Below, in pieces: positions 14,585 through 27,180 of a stretch of DNA of 64,000 nucleotides. Location: assembly GCA_951406725.2 (NCBI GenBank), contig OX597817.1:22010001-22074000 (forward strand), read 5' to 3'. Each line of letters starts with the position of its first letter. Within the stretch, counting starts at the first letter, position 1. Origin of the DNA: Octopus vulgaris (Eukaryota). The notes beneath the pieces are model-generated. The model was not told where the DNA came from. It saw only the letters and a program-made list of their open reading frames with translations, and made no database searches. The translations under genes were made by a program, and so were the position numbers.

Positions 14585-14676
14585 TGATAATAATAACAAC
14601 AATAATGGAAAAGTATGTGAAAGAGCAATTAACACCGTTGCTGCTGATGCTGATGCAACTACTACAACTACTACTG

Positions 14677-14716
<40 letters not shown>

Positions 14717-14733
14717 CACCACCACTGCTGCTG

Positions 14734-14792
<59 letters not shown>

Positions 14793-14810
14793 GCTAATAA
14801 TAATAATAAT

Positions 14811-14843
<33 letters not shown>

Positions 14844-14852
14844 CATAATAAT
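14213..14852. repeat. Compound (AAT)n/(GAT)n/(CTA)n trinucleotide array
   Basis: Direct reading; explains the poly-I/L/S ORFs. Confidence 0.97.
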
Positions 14853-15042
14853 AAAGATTATAACTGCACAGCTAAAGGGAGCATATATGTGTGTATGTGC
14901 GTGCATGTCTGCTCATGTGTGTATAAGCATTTGTGTATCCGTGTTACTGTGTGCAATGCATGGAAATGTAGGTGCATGTACGCGTGTTTGATCGTATAAA
15001 ATTCATTCTCTTTTTATGCGTTTTCAAAACTCATACTAAATG

Positions 15043-15092
<50 letters not shown>

Positions 15093-16077
15093 CATACATG
15101 CATGTATACATATATACATACATAAGTATTTATACATGTATGTATTTATATATACTATATTTGTATGTGTACCTGTGTGTATATATATATGTATACACAG
15201 ACGTACATCCATATGTACTTATATTAATATATATTGGTACCGCATATCGTTCAACTAAGAGCGTATTTCCAGAGAATCTAACGCTGTTATAGCAAGATGA
15301 TTGCCTTGCTGCAGCTTATTTGGAGAGGTTAAAAGATAAATCTCTACTAGAGCGAATACACGAAAGATAGGCAGTGATATACATGTCGAATATCATGGGG
15401 AGTCTATCGCCTAACTTTGTGATTGAGCGCTGTACAACGTACCAGCCACGTCACTTACACAGTAGCAAAATCCCACCCTATCCATCTGGTGTACGAACCT
15501 ACTAAAAGAGCAGTTTAATGCTGATGAGTCCCCCAATTTGTCTACACTTTGTCTAAAATTATTAAGCCTGAATACAAAAAAATTTCGATTCGAGATTCCA
15601 GAGGAATCTACATCACGTAACATATTCATGCAATAGAAACAAACATGAGGATTATTTCGAAGAAGTGAATGAAACAAAATAGCCATAATAGAAATGTCAG
15701 TGCTCCAGATGAGTCACAGAGCCTTTCATTGAAATTAGTCGAATTGCATGTACACACAAACACACACACATGTACGTGTGTTTTTCAGTATGTTGTTTTC
15801 TTTTTGCCACACCACCACGTGCTAATCTCTGTTTGTTTGTTTAAACACCCATAATTTAGCTCTTTTGAAAAAAGAAACCGACAGTCTAAAAACCAGTTTT
15901 AAAAATAAGTATTAGTGGCGTTTCTCTCAATTAAACCCTTCAAGGTGGTGCCCCAGCAAGACCTCAGTTCAATGACTGAAGCTGAAAAGTTACACATACA
16001 CAAACATATACACAACATAAACGCAGCCATGTTTATATAGATACACACATGCATACATACATGCATACATACATATA

Positions 16078-16126
<49 letters not shown>

Positions 16127-16265
16127 CTAAATGAATGTATGTATATTTATATGTAGATACACATCGCTCTTTAAATATAGTATTGTGCATATATATTTAT
16201 ACATATTTGTATTCGTTATACATATGCAGGTGTATACGCACATACTTTGATACATGTATATATTA

Positions 16266-16306
<41 letters not shown>

Positions 16307-16328
16307 CACACAACACACACACACACAC

Positions 16329-16389
<61 letters not shown>

Positions 16390-16731
16390 TACAGAAAGTG
16401 AGAGAGAGAGAGTGAAAGTATGAGTGGAAGATAAAGAATGGGAAAATTTGTGTAACAATGTGGTAACATGACCCTGAGGTGGAGGGGATTTCGTTTCGGT
16501 GTGATTTATGCATGTTGGCACATTGCCAGGGTGTGAAGAAGCTAACATTAACATCGAAGTAGCAAATAAAATTTCTGAAGGATATACACATATATGAGGG
16601 CAATAAATGATTGAGTACGTATACAGTCTAACTGACAGATAGTCTGGTAATCTGACATGCATAAAGATACAACGATAGATACGATAGATAGATAGATAGA
16701 TAGATAAATACATAGATATATATATATATAT

Positions 16732-16803
<72 letters not shown>

Positions 16804-16824
16804 TCATATATAAAAAGATTACAT

Positions 16825-16958
16825 GTGCATATATATATATATTTTTTTTTCTCTCCTTGTTTCTCTCCGTGTTTCTTTTCTGTGTATCTTTCTGTTGAAG
16901 AGCGTAGGTTTGTATTCCACCTACCTTCGTCTTTTGTTTATTTTAATAAAGCTTCCCG

Positions 16959-16960
<2 letters not shown>
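16825..16960 (+). repeat. TA-embedded repeat, internally deleted copy of the 24588-24780 family
   Basis: TTTTCTCTCCTTG...CTTTCTGTTGAAGAGCGTAGG...CTTCGTCTTTTGTTTATTTT is the reverse complement of parts of 24588-24750. Confidence 0.75.
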
Positions 16961-17032
<72 letters not shown>

Positions 17033-17197
17033 CGGTTGGTAGAAAGGTAATCCGATACTGTGTGTAGAAGTTATTTAATAGAATACAGAAATCAATAGAT
17101 GTGACAAATATGTACAAACGTACACTAATAGTAATCATAATAGATAGATAGTAACATATTTGTAGGTTCAGAAAGAGGCAAATATTTAGAAGCAAGT

Positions 17198-17248
<51 letters not shown>

Positions 17249-18806
17249 GAAGGTAAACCAAGAGTGTCCAGTAGTGGAATTTCATAGTCGATACTTCTAA
17301 CGTATTTACGTGGTCAGTCTAGCCAGTGGAGTAGCATCATTTGAAAGCTATATCAATGCTTGGAAGCGCATTCTGATCAGCAGTGTACAACAACATCCCA
17401 TAGACCCATCGATACATTGATGTTATCTTTTCTACGTTATCCACAAGCTTAATTCATCAACGTACGCAACATTCTTATTTCATTCTTTCGAAGTGGACAA
17501 CTCCATAAAATCTTTTTTCAGTAGCCACTATTTGAGGTAGCTCTGAATGCTTAAAAAATTTTTACAAGTTTTGTAGTCCAGACGATTGCAAGTATTTGTG
17601 CAAGTTGTTGTTGCTGTTAATATTTTCCGTATTATTTTTATTTGGTGGGATAAGCATCTATCAATGACAAAAGCTCCGAACAACTTTGGCTGTTGCAAAA
17701 GAATCGGTAAGAATATTACACCGCCATATGTACGCTTAACAGCGAAAAAATATAACGGTGATTTACATGTTTATTCTTAATTCGTCCCGGCAGATTCGGG
17801 CGTGAATATGCTAATCGCTGTTGTATTGCCTCAATGCAGAAGGACTTCACTTTTAAGAAAAATATCTGTTTTTATTGCATGCAATTAATAGCTAGGGGGA
17901 CTTTGGGAAAACTGCGGTTTTGACATCATTGTGGCTTCTAAGCAAATGAATCTCACAAGAGGTTGTGACTGGTTTATAAATTCTGCGAGCTTATTTGCTA
18001 ACACTTTCTTTGTGTGTGTGTATGTGCATGTGTGTACCTGTGTGTGTAAGCACTGACACATGAAGAAATTCCATAAATCAATTAGCAAGTGTGAACAAAA
18101 TTTAAAGCTAATTTATCTTGCTGTAGCCCTGATCAGTTAAAGCTATGAGTTAAAGGAATTCCATACGTGATCGTTCAGTAGTTTTGTACGTCTAGTATTA
18201 TTTTGTTTAATATGACCTTTCTTTAGTTGCTTCTCTAGTACCTTGGATGTCTTTATCGTACTTTGCTGCTACTAACTTTTGAGTCAGCCCTGGGAATAAA
18301 TTCCAAGTTTCTCTCCATCAGAGTAAGAAACTCCGAAGAAGTAGACTCGACGCTGGTCGTTTTCCACTGAGCAAGCCACTACTACATAAATGTTGCAATA
18401 TGATTTATTGGACATTTATTAGTTATTTCTAACACGTCAATCAGTTCTGTTGTGCCACACTACGCCCGCAACAAAAATCCAAGTGCAAGAGGAATCACTG
18501 AGTTTTGATTATGTATTTGTTATTTGTTCTCAAATAACAAATATATAATTTGTTCTCAGATACAGCTGACGGTACCTATCATTCAATTAGGTTAATTCTT
18601 TGAATAAAAGTATTATATGGTGAACAGATCATTTTGTTGTATATACACATAATTTTCGAAGTATATTACATTGGGTCGTTCTAAAAGCATTTAAAAATTT
18701 CATGAAAGTATGGCTAAAAGCACAAGGAATCTACCTACGATTCTAGATTTAAACGATATGATTTTTCTTACATAAGAATGTAGCAATATAATACTTTCTA
18801 ATAGTA

Positions 18807-19037
18807 TATTTCTTTATTGCCCACAGGGGGTTAAACATAGAGGGGACAAACAAGGACAGACAAAGGGATTAAGTCGATTACATCGACCCCACTGCGTAAC
18901 TGGTACTTATTTAATCGACCCCGAAAGCATGAAAGGTAAAGTCGACCTCGGCGGAATTTGAACTCAGAACGTAACGGCAGACGAAAAAGAGCTACGCATT
19001 TCGCCCGGCGTGCTAACGATTCTGCCAGCTCGCCGCC
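18807..19037 (-). mobile_element. Full-length young family A SINE with TSD
   Basis: Near-identical to 31788-32020; flanking direct repeat TTTCTAATAGTA at 18795-18806 and 19038-19049. Confidence 0.93.
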
Positions 19038-19220
19038 TTTCTAATAGTAACAACTTAGTAACATTTATACAGTTCTATACTTAAGAGATGATAAATTATG
19101 TACGCTGTTTACATTATTTACATTTGACGGATATTTGTCCTCATCTTGCTTGTTGTTAACACAACGTTTCGGCTGATATACCCTCCAGCCTTCATGGGAT
19201 AAACACCACTATAACTGACC

Positions 19221-20095
19221 CTATGGCTGCGATATTTCAATGACACCTTTATACTCTAGCACCATCAGGATGATGTCCAAGTGCTGTTAGATCATGTGAA
19301 CTCAATAAAGCCATCCATACAATTCGCAATGGAAAAAGAAAAGATAATCAGCTAGCCTTCCTGGACGTGTTAACGTCACGCACCAAGTATCAATTCAGGA
19401 CATCCGTATACCGCAAGCAGACCTTCACTGGACGATACCTCAACTTCAATTCCCACTATCCATACAGTGCTAAAACATCGAGCAAAAAAGATAAGTAGCG
19501 ATCGTGATACACACCATGAAGAAATAATCAAGCTCAGAAACAATCTATTAAGCAACAACTACACCAAAAACATACTATCCACTCCAATTATGAAGAAAAG
19601 TGAGAATGAAATAAATAAACGGTCCACAGTCTGTCTACCCTATGTGAAAGGCCTCTCCGAAAAGACACAAAAGATATGCGGCTTATATGACATCAGGAGA
19701 GTACTCAAGAGTAACACTACACTTCGCAAATATCTCCTTCGAGTAAAACCACCAATATAATGGAATATGACCAAATATTTTGTGTACTCCAACCCATGCA
19801 GCTGCGGTAGGTTACACAAAGGCGAAACATGCCACCCCCTCAAAATAAGAGTCGAGGAACATTGCAAAGGAGATATTGATAAATCGGGTATAGCTGATCA
19901 TGTATAGAAAAATGGTGACCACCTCCCCCTGCAGGACGAAGTTAAAATAATAGACAGAGAACAGCACTGGAAAATGCGAAAACTAAAAGAAGCAGCACAT
20001 ATGCTAGGACACAACCTCGTAAGCAGACCGAGTGCAGATATGTACAGCATATGGGAACTGGTATTAAGGAAGAATAGGAAAATATTAGATTCATA
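19221..20095 (+). pseudogene. Decayed PLE ORF: RT C-terminal half/thumb + GIY-YIG endonuclease
   Basis: LWLRYFNDTFIL (YVDD-like), IQFAMEKEKDNQLAFLDV, VYRKQTFTGRYLNFNSH, CLPYVKGLSEK, VYSNPCSCGRLHKGET...RVEEH, KSGIADH, RKLKEAAH; contains stops and a frameshift. Confidence 0.9.
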
Positions 20096-20250
20096 AACCC
20101 TAAATTCACTCCATAAGTACCCACGGGCATATGGCGTGGTGGTTAAGATTCCGAGTTCGATTCCAGGCACGTAATAATACGAAGAAGAAGAAGTAGAATA
20201 ACCTCAAAAAATACCTTAAAAATGAGAAGCCAGGTTCGAAATTTCCCCAA

Positions 20251-20296
20251 GACACCTGATGAAGACTGGGAGTTATCTCAGCCGAAACTTTGTGTT
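20251..20296 (+). ncRNA. Hammerhead ribozyme motif in PLE 3' repeat (degenerate)
   Basis: GACAC-CUGAUGA-AGACUG...CAGCC-GAAA-CUUU-GUGUU; stems II and III are mutated relative to the other copies. Confidence 0.6.
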
Positions 20297-20925
20297 AACA
20301 ACAAACAAGATAAGGATAGATATCCGTCGTAATATTTGAGAAATCTTATCAATTTGGAAAATGATATCGCTAAAATAAAAGATTTTAGCAAACCAACGTT
20401 GATACGGTTTAATATATTACTTTTACTCGCTATTTCACTTGAACAAACATTTCCCATTCTTATATCCAGTTCCACCCAGGAATAACAACTTCAGTGACGG
20501 ACAATACTTAAACTTTCCTAATTTCATTCCCCATTCCCTCAGTATATGCTGAAATATGTGCGAGTATTTTATGTCAATTACATGTTTCGAATCATAAAGA
20601 ATATATTCATGAAGTTTATAGATGAATACAAGCGAAAATATACGTGTGTGCTCTGTATATATGAATATATATATATATATATATACAGGTATATATATAT
20701 GCGCGCGCACAAATGTATCTATATAATGTATTCATGTACATGTCTTAAGGTTGCGTATATATATGAAATATATATATATATATATTTATATATAAAGATA
20801 GATATATAATATAAATAGATATGTATACGCATAAATACACACACACACAAATATATAAACGTCTGCGCGTTTGTATATATATATATGTATATACATATAT
20901 ATGTGTGTATATATATATATATATA

Positions 20926-21090
20926 TAATACGTTCACTCATTGTTGAATATTTGGTCTATAAGTATGTAAGGAATATACATGAGGTGCGTGCGAATGCAT
21001 ATGCATCTATGTGCATATATATACATATATAGTTATATATATCCTTATGGGTGTATAAATGTGTGTTTATATATGAATACATACACACAC
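20926..21090 (+). repeat. Local ~160-bp duplication, copy 1 (copy 2 at 22078-22250)
   Basis: TAATACGTTCA(C/T)TCATTGTTGAATATTTGGTCTATAAGTA...GTATAAATGTGTGTTTATATA present twice. Confidence 0.9.
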
Positions 21091-21124
21091 ACAAACACAT
21101 ATATATATATATACTATATATATA

Positions 21125-21158
<34 letters not shown>

Positions 21159-22276
21159 ACATATACATATATATGTAGGTACAGACATGTCTATGCACAT
21201 GTATATGTACTTGTCTATATCTCTACATATATATATATATGCATGCATATATATATGTATATACATACATCTGTGTGCTCGCTCTTGTATATGTATATAA
21301 TGGGTACGTGCGTGAGTAAGCCTAAATGTAATTATCTATATCATATACACAGAAATTAATGAGATATCTAATACATGAGGTTTCGGAATGAGAGAGGAGC
21401 CTTATTTATGTCATTTGCTCCACTGGAGACTTTCCCTTCTCATTTCATTAATAAACACTCAAACTTCGGGACAATATGGTGAACGTAGTCCCGACTGAGA
21501 AAAACAATTGCAGTAATCTATTTTAACTTTCTTTATTACACAATCGATTTCAAATGACACAAGGGAGCACGCTTTTGCTATTTCGTTCAGTATATTTTCT
21601 CTACTTTGCATTTTAATTATATTGTTTTCGGTTAGTTATAGTTTTCTATCGTTTCCTTACTTCCCCGCGATTTCTTTACATTTCTTTCTATCTATCTCTT
21701 TCTCTCTCACCCTTTTTTTTTTACACTTTGCATATCTACCTTGCTCTCTGTACGTAACAATATGCTTATTCTTCCGACTAGGCTTATTAACTATTTTATT
21801 TCCCAGCTCTCTCCCATATTAGCAAACACAAGAAAAAGGCTATCAACAGATGAAGTCTTTTGCATTTAGATACATATCAACTTCTCACCAGCCACTAATA
21901 CTAGTTCGTTGGAATGTTATACACTAGAGATTTATCTTCCATCTTAGACAATCAATATTTTATGGCGTAGCTCACTGAAAAGAAAACACAAGATTTCAGT
22001 GTCAGCAACCTATCTGATACAGCCTAACACTGTAGTCATCTACTATTATCTACAAGACATTGACATCCTACCAAATCTAATACGTTCATTCATTGTTGAA
22101 TATTTGGTCTATAAGTAAGTAAGGAATATACATGAAGTGTGCGTGAATGCATAGGCATCTATGTGCACGTATGTACATATATAGTTATATATATATCCTT
22201 AGGTTTGTATAAATGTGTGTTTATATAAGAATACATATACACACACATATATATATGTATATATATATACATACTC

Positions 22277-22677
22277 TCTTTTACTCTTTTACATGTTTCA
22301 GTCATTTTCATTGTGGCCTTGCTGGAGCACCGCCTTTAGTCGAGCAAATCGACCCCAGGACTTATTCTTTGTACTTATTCTATCGATATATTTTTCCGAA
22401 CCGCAAATTTACGGGGACGTAAACACACCAGCATCTGTTGTCAAGCGATGTTGTGGGGACAAACACAGACACACAAACATATACGCACACATACATATGT
22501 ATATATATACATATATACGACGGGCTTCTTTCAGTTTCCGTCTGCCAAATACACTCATAAGGCTTTGGTTGACCCGAGGTTATAGTAGAAGACACCCTGC
22601 CCAAGGTGCCACGCAGCGGGACTGAACCAAGAACCATGTGGTTCGTTAGCAAGCTACTTACCACACAGCCATTCCTG
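22277..22677 (-). mobile_element. tRNA-derived SINE, family B, with internal (TA/TG) microsatellite and (AAAGAGT)-like tail
   Basis: Minus-strand head CAGGAATGGCTGTGTGGTAAG...GGTTCAGTCCC...GGCACCTTGGGCA; partial copies at 24835-24998(-) and 45170-45490(+). Confidence 0.85.
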
Positions 22678-24518
22678 TATATATATATATATATATACAT
22701 ACCCATAAACAAACACATATTTATGAATGTATACAAGATACCTATTCTTGAGTCTGTCTGTGGATAAAGTGGAACTCGCCGCCTTATATTGAGTTCCTTG
22801 TTTTCTCTTTCCCGTTCGCATCGCTGTTTGTGGTATCGCACACATTTGCACGCACTCATACGCACGTATGCAAAGACACTCATACAAGCACAGAATATGT
22901 AGGTGTGAGTATGTGTGTTCGCGTGTGTATTTATATGTGTGCGCATGTGTATGTATATATATATATATATATATATGTATATGCATACTTAAACATACAT
23001 ATATGTGTATTTATATATGTGTATACATGTGTGTGTTTGTGTGTATATATGTATGTACGTTTGTGTAAATATATATGCATGTGTTTGTGTTTTTGTGTGT
23101 GTTTATGTATGTATGAATGTATGTATGAATACCAACTGCGTAATATCGAAGCAATTTATATTCTGACAGGGATGCAATAAAAATATATGTCTGGATTATA
23201 GCAATATCGTGTTGGCACATTGCTCGAACCAAAACTAGAAATAAAAAATTAATGCTAAAACACTGTGCTAAGTTTTTATTTGTCACTCGGATCTATCACG
23301 TCATTCAACAATAAAGTGACTAATTTTTAGTTGGCCCACGTCCCTTTGGTTTAGTAATGCATTGTTCAGAAATATTTAACTCTCATAAATATTGGTGCCA
23401 TTTGGTTAAATAAAGTGAGTGTACTCTTCATATTGAACATATCAGCGCTTACTTTACTGAGCATAAACGATTACATTTAACATTGTGGAATAAAGTTGTG
23501 AACCTGGACAGAATTCGCAATTTCGAGATTACTAGAGGAAGATTCGAAGGTTTTGCAGTTTTTTCCCTGTAGTCTGTTGCGTCGATAGCAAAGCGATGTA
23601 TCTCTCAGAAGCTGTAATATAAAATATCAGTGGCAGTTACAGTCTATAAACAGTGAGTGTACTGCAAAATGCGCAAATGGTTATTTGATGTAGAAATACA
23701 AAATGCAAATTCTGCCCGAGTTATTTTTATTTTATTTTATTATTTTTTTTGCCTGAATTACTCTGAGTTTTGTTCAACACAGCTGGTTTCTGGAAGTAAT
23801 ATTGATTTATATCACCGACTGATCGTATACCATCCAAAGCACAATAATTAATTGTTTTTCTTTCTCTTTGCATTGTGTTTGCTATACATTGCTTTCGTTG
23901 TTTAACCATAGAGTGTTCTTGATCAAGTTGAGGCTTAACCAAAGATGTTTCTAACGTGACCGTCTCATCTTGAAAGCATACGCCTGGGACTGTATTGCTC
24001 AATTTATACTTTTCCCATTTCGTACAGTTGTGTGAAATTTGAGACAGATTGTGCAGCTATTTCTAGCAGGTTAAAGAAACAACAGAATTTCCCTCGTTAT
24101 TAGGCATTTCATCTACAGTATTCCATTGACAATCATACCAATGATGAAATTGCCAGCAGTCAGCAAGCTGCCTTGAAGTCGAGAGCGACAAGTTGTTAGC
24201 ATTTCCTAATCGAAGCTATTTCAGTTCTCTCCCAATGATACTGGTCCATGGGAAGAAATAAGCATCGCATTTTCATATTCACCAAAATAGGTCTCATTCT
24301 AATATCAATTGCGTCGAACTCAGTTACTAAAAGCTTTTTAAACTTTTACCAGCTTCATAAATGGCGAAATAAATTGATAATTATTATTGATATTTCGACC
24401 AGGAGACCATGGGTAGCTGTATTTCACAAGACTTTTTGTGGGTTTTATTATAATAATATCTTTTACGCCCTTAACAGATCAGTGCCGTACTGCTTGTTAA
24501 GAATCATATTAAACAGTA

Positions 24519-24587
<69 letters not shown>

Positions 24588-24592
<5 letters not shown>

Positions 24593-24780
24593 GAAAGTTT
24601 ACGAAAATAAACAAAAGACGAAGACAGGTGGTGTACAAAACAAACAGATGTATTAGTATAGCGCTCAGGAATAGAAAAAGTATTTTACGTTTCGAGCCTA
24701 CGCTCTTCTACAGAAAGGTACACAGAAAAAAACAAGGAGAGAAAAAAAATGTGTGTAGTGGCTAACGATCTATCATGGCA
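24588..24780 (-). repeat. TA-associated repeat carrying a hammerhead-like fold with variant core (24683-24717)
   Basis: Minus strand UUU-CUGUAGA-A-GAGC-guag-GCUC-GAAA-CG-UA-AAA; second, deleted copy at 16825-16960. Confidence 0.6.
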
Positions 24781-24800
24781 ACACTGATCTATTAAGAGTG

Positions 24801-24832
<32 letters not shown>

Positions 24833-24834
24833 TA

Positions 24835-24998
24835 TTACGGGGTTCTATACAACTTCCGTCTAAGCTTCTGTCCAACAAATTCCTTCACAAGGGATTAATC
24901 GGTCCGTGGCTATAGTAGAAGTTACTTAACCAAGTTGTCACGCAGTGGGACTGAACAAAATCCACGTAGTTGCGTCTTAATCACACAGCCATCCCTGA
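24835..24998 (-). mobile_element. Family B SINE, 5' part
   Basis: Homologous to 22520-22677. Confidence 0.7.
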
Positions 24999-26423
24999 GT
25001 CTATATTATCTGTTTTAAAGATATTCTTTCCAAGAAAAAATATAGGCTTCATAGAATGAGTTGAGCAAAATGACTACTGGCGTTCAATTAGGATCCCACC
25101 TTCTGAGTTATACTATCGCTAAGGCCGTCTTCGCTTTTTATCCTTACGTCATGGACTATTGATATTGCTCGGTATGAATGATATTGTTAGGTTTGCTCTT
25201 ACGGTAGTATATATTACAACAACTTTGGTTTGACAGGATAGGTTAAATGCAATACAAAATGGCTCACGGTATTTAGTTACGACCCTTAATGTTCGGAAAT
25301 TAAATTCCTCTCAGATTTTTTTCCCTTACATATTTGTGGCTAGCTCCCTCTAAATTCATGGCTTCGTCTTTAAACTAGAAATCAATAACACATAGAGTGG
25401 TAATAAACCAAATTATTGCTTTTTGTTTTTCTTTTCAGTAAATAATAATACCAGTTACTTCTATATGCAAGATACATTAAAATGTATTTCCATAATAAAT
25501 TTTTCTAGAAACATCTTTATATCCCCTGCCTTTCAAACAACAATTATATGCTAGGTTTCTTGGAGTTGGAGTTATATCTTACAGTGTGTAAAACGATATT
25601 GTGCCCACTCAGCCAAAATAAACAAGCATATTATGCAGTATCAGATATTATTATACATGGCTAATTATTTATCCCATGCACATGATTTTCTAAAAATTCG
25701 GAATATATATTTTCCAGTCAGATCTTTGCTGAAATAAGTTTCAAGCATAATTATTCTCATCAATTGTTTCAAAAAATTGAAACTGTTTTAGAAGTTTGCT
25801 TCAAATTCACGCGATATTATTTTCCACCTTAATGAATTTATGAATTTATTCATGGCTGCATTGTGTCTTTTATTCATTATTTACGGATTGAACATTCTAT
25901 ATATTTTAAGTAGGTTCAGATTTGTAGTATTGTTGCTCTTGTTGTTGTTGGCAAGATGGATAGGCAAAAGCGTTTGAGCGTTTTAATAAAATACATTACA
26001 TTATTTGTTCCGGATCTTTATCTGCGTTTCAAATCCTACCAAGATCAACTTTTTCGTCTTTTCGAGCTACAGAAAATATATTATTACTCAAGGAATGGGT
26101 TCTAGGTGATCGACTATCTCTATCTCACTCCACTCAAAACACTGCTGGCTTTGTAGTTCTAAATTAGAATTATAATCGTCAGAGCGTCTGAAATAGACTT
26201 TGTAGTAATTATTTCGGCTTTTTTACGCTTGAAGTTCGAATATTACCCGGATCAGCTTTTCTTTTTCATCCCTCGGGTGTCGATAAATTAAAGTGCCAGT
26301 CAACTACTGAGGTCAATGAGTTTAACTAGCCATCTCCGCTCAAAACTGCAGACCCTGCGCTAAATTTCGAAATGTTAGTAGTATTTGTAGTAGTTGTTGT
26401 TGTTATTATTACTATTATTATTA

Positions 26424-26502
<79 letters not shown>

Positions 26503-26523
26503 CATTATTATTATTATTATTAT

Positions 26524-26750
26524 GAAGGCGGCGAGCTTCCACAATCATTAGCAAACCGGACAAAATAGTTCGCAGCATTTCGTCTGTCTTTAAGTTCTGA
26601 GTTGTCCGCTCAGAAAATTCCGCCAAAGTCAACTTTGCTTGTCATCCTTTTGCTGGGCAATAAGATTAGTTTGAGTAGGGTACAATTGTTGCTGTAATCG
26701 AGTTGCTCACTCTCCCAATATTTCAGGCCTTGGGCTGCCTGTAGTAGAAA
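26524..26750 (+). mobile_element. Degenerate family A SINE; further decayed copies at 25955-26380
   Basis: AAGGCGGCGAGCT head, TTCTGAGTT...AAATTCCGCC, GTCAACTTTGC. Confidence 0.7.
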
Positions 26751-26948
26751 AGATTCTTATTATTATTATATATGAGTTCTCAGAATCGATATAGCATCAG
26801 ACAAAACATATTGTGGTCTTTTTTCCCGCTCTTTATATTTCAATTTTAATTCCAATCGAGTTAAACTTTGTATTTAATCCTTCCTGGGTCGATAAAACAA
26901 TTTACTGGTGAGATTTGAACTCAGTATACATACAACCGGAAATTTACC

Positions 26949-27180
26949 TATTTCTTTACTACCCACAAAGGACTAAGCACAGAGAAGATAAACAAGGACA
27001 GACAAACGGATTAAGTCGATTAGATCGACATCAGTGCGTTACTGGTAATTGTTTAATCCACCCCGAAAGGATGAAAGGCAAAGTCGACCTCGGCGGAATT
27101 TGAACTCAAAACGTAGCGGCAGACGAAATAACGCAAACCATTTCGCTCGGCGTGCTAACGATTCTGCCAGCTCACCACCT
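26949..27180 (-). mobile_element. Full-length young family A SINE, 18-bp TSD, nested in an old family A head
   Basis: TSD TACAACCGGAAATTTACC at 26931-26948 and 27181-27198; the flanks (ATTTGAACTCAG... and ...CTTGTCCAATGCACTAAAGATCTG) reassemble into a decayed SINE head. Confidence 0.92.

Larger units (their letters stand above)
19070..20333 (+). mobile_element. 5'-truncated Penelope-like retroelement with inverted 5' partial terminal repeat and 3' terminal repeat
   Basis: 19070-19196 is an inverted copy of the 3' repeat (20120-20333 and its continuation as seen at 56040-56114); RT and GIY-YIG remnants lie between them. An inverted 5' repeat is a known PLE hallmark. Confidence 0.9.

Noticed and set aside
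13842-14991. Poly-I/L/S/Y ORFs resembling membrane or low-complexity proteins
   Set aside because: Trinucleotide microsatellites; no domain content.
15510-15545. CTGATGAGTCC hammerhead-like start (also CTGATGAG at ~60327)
   Set aside because: No closing stem II with GAAA and no stem I partner.
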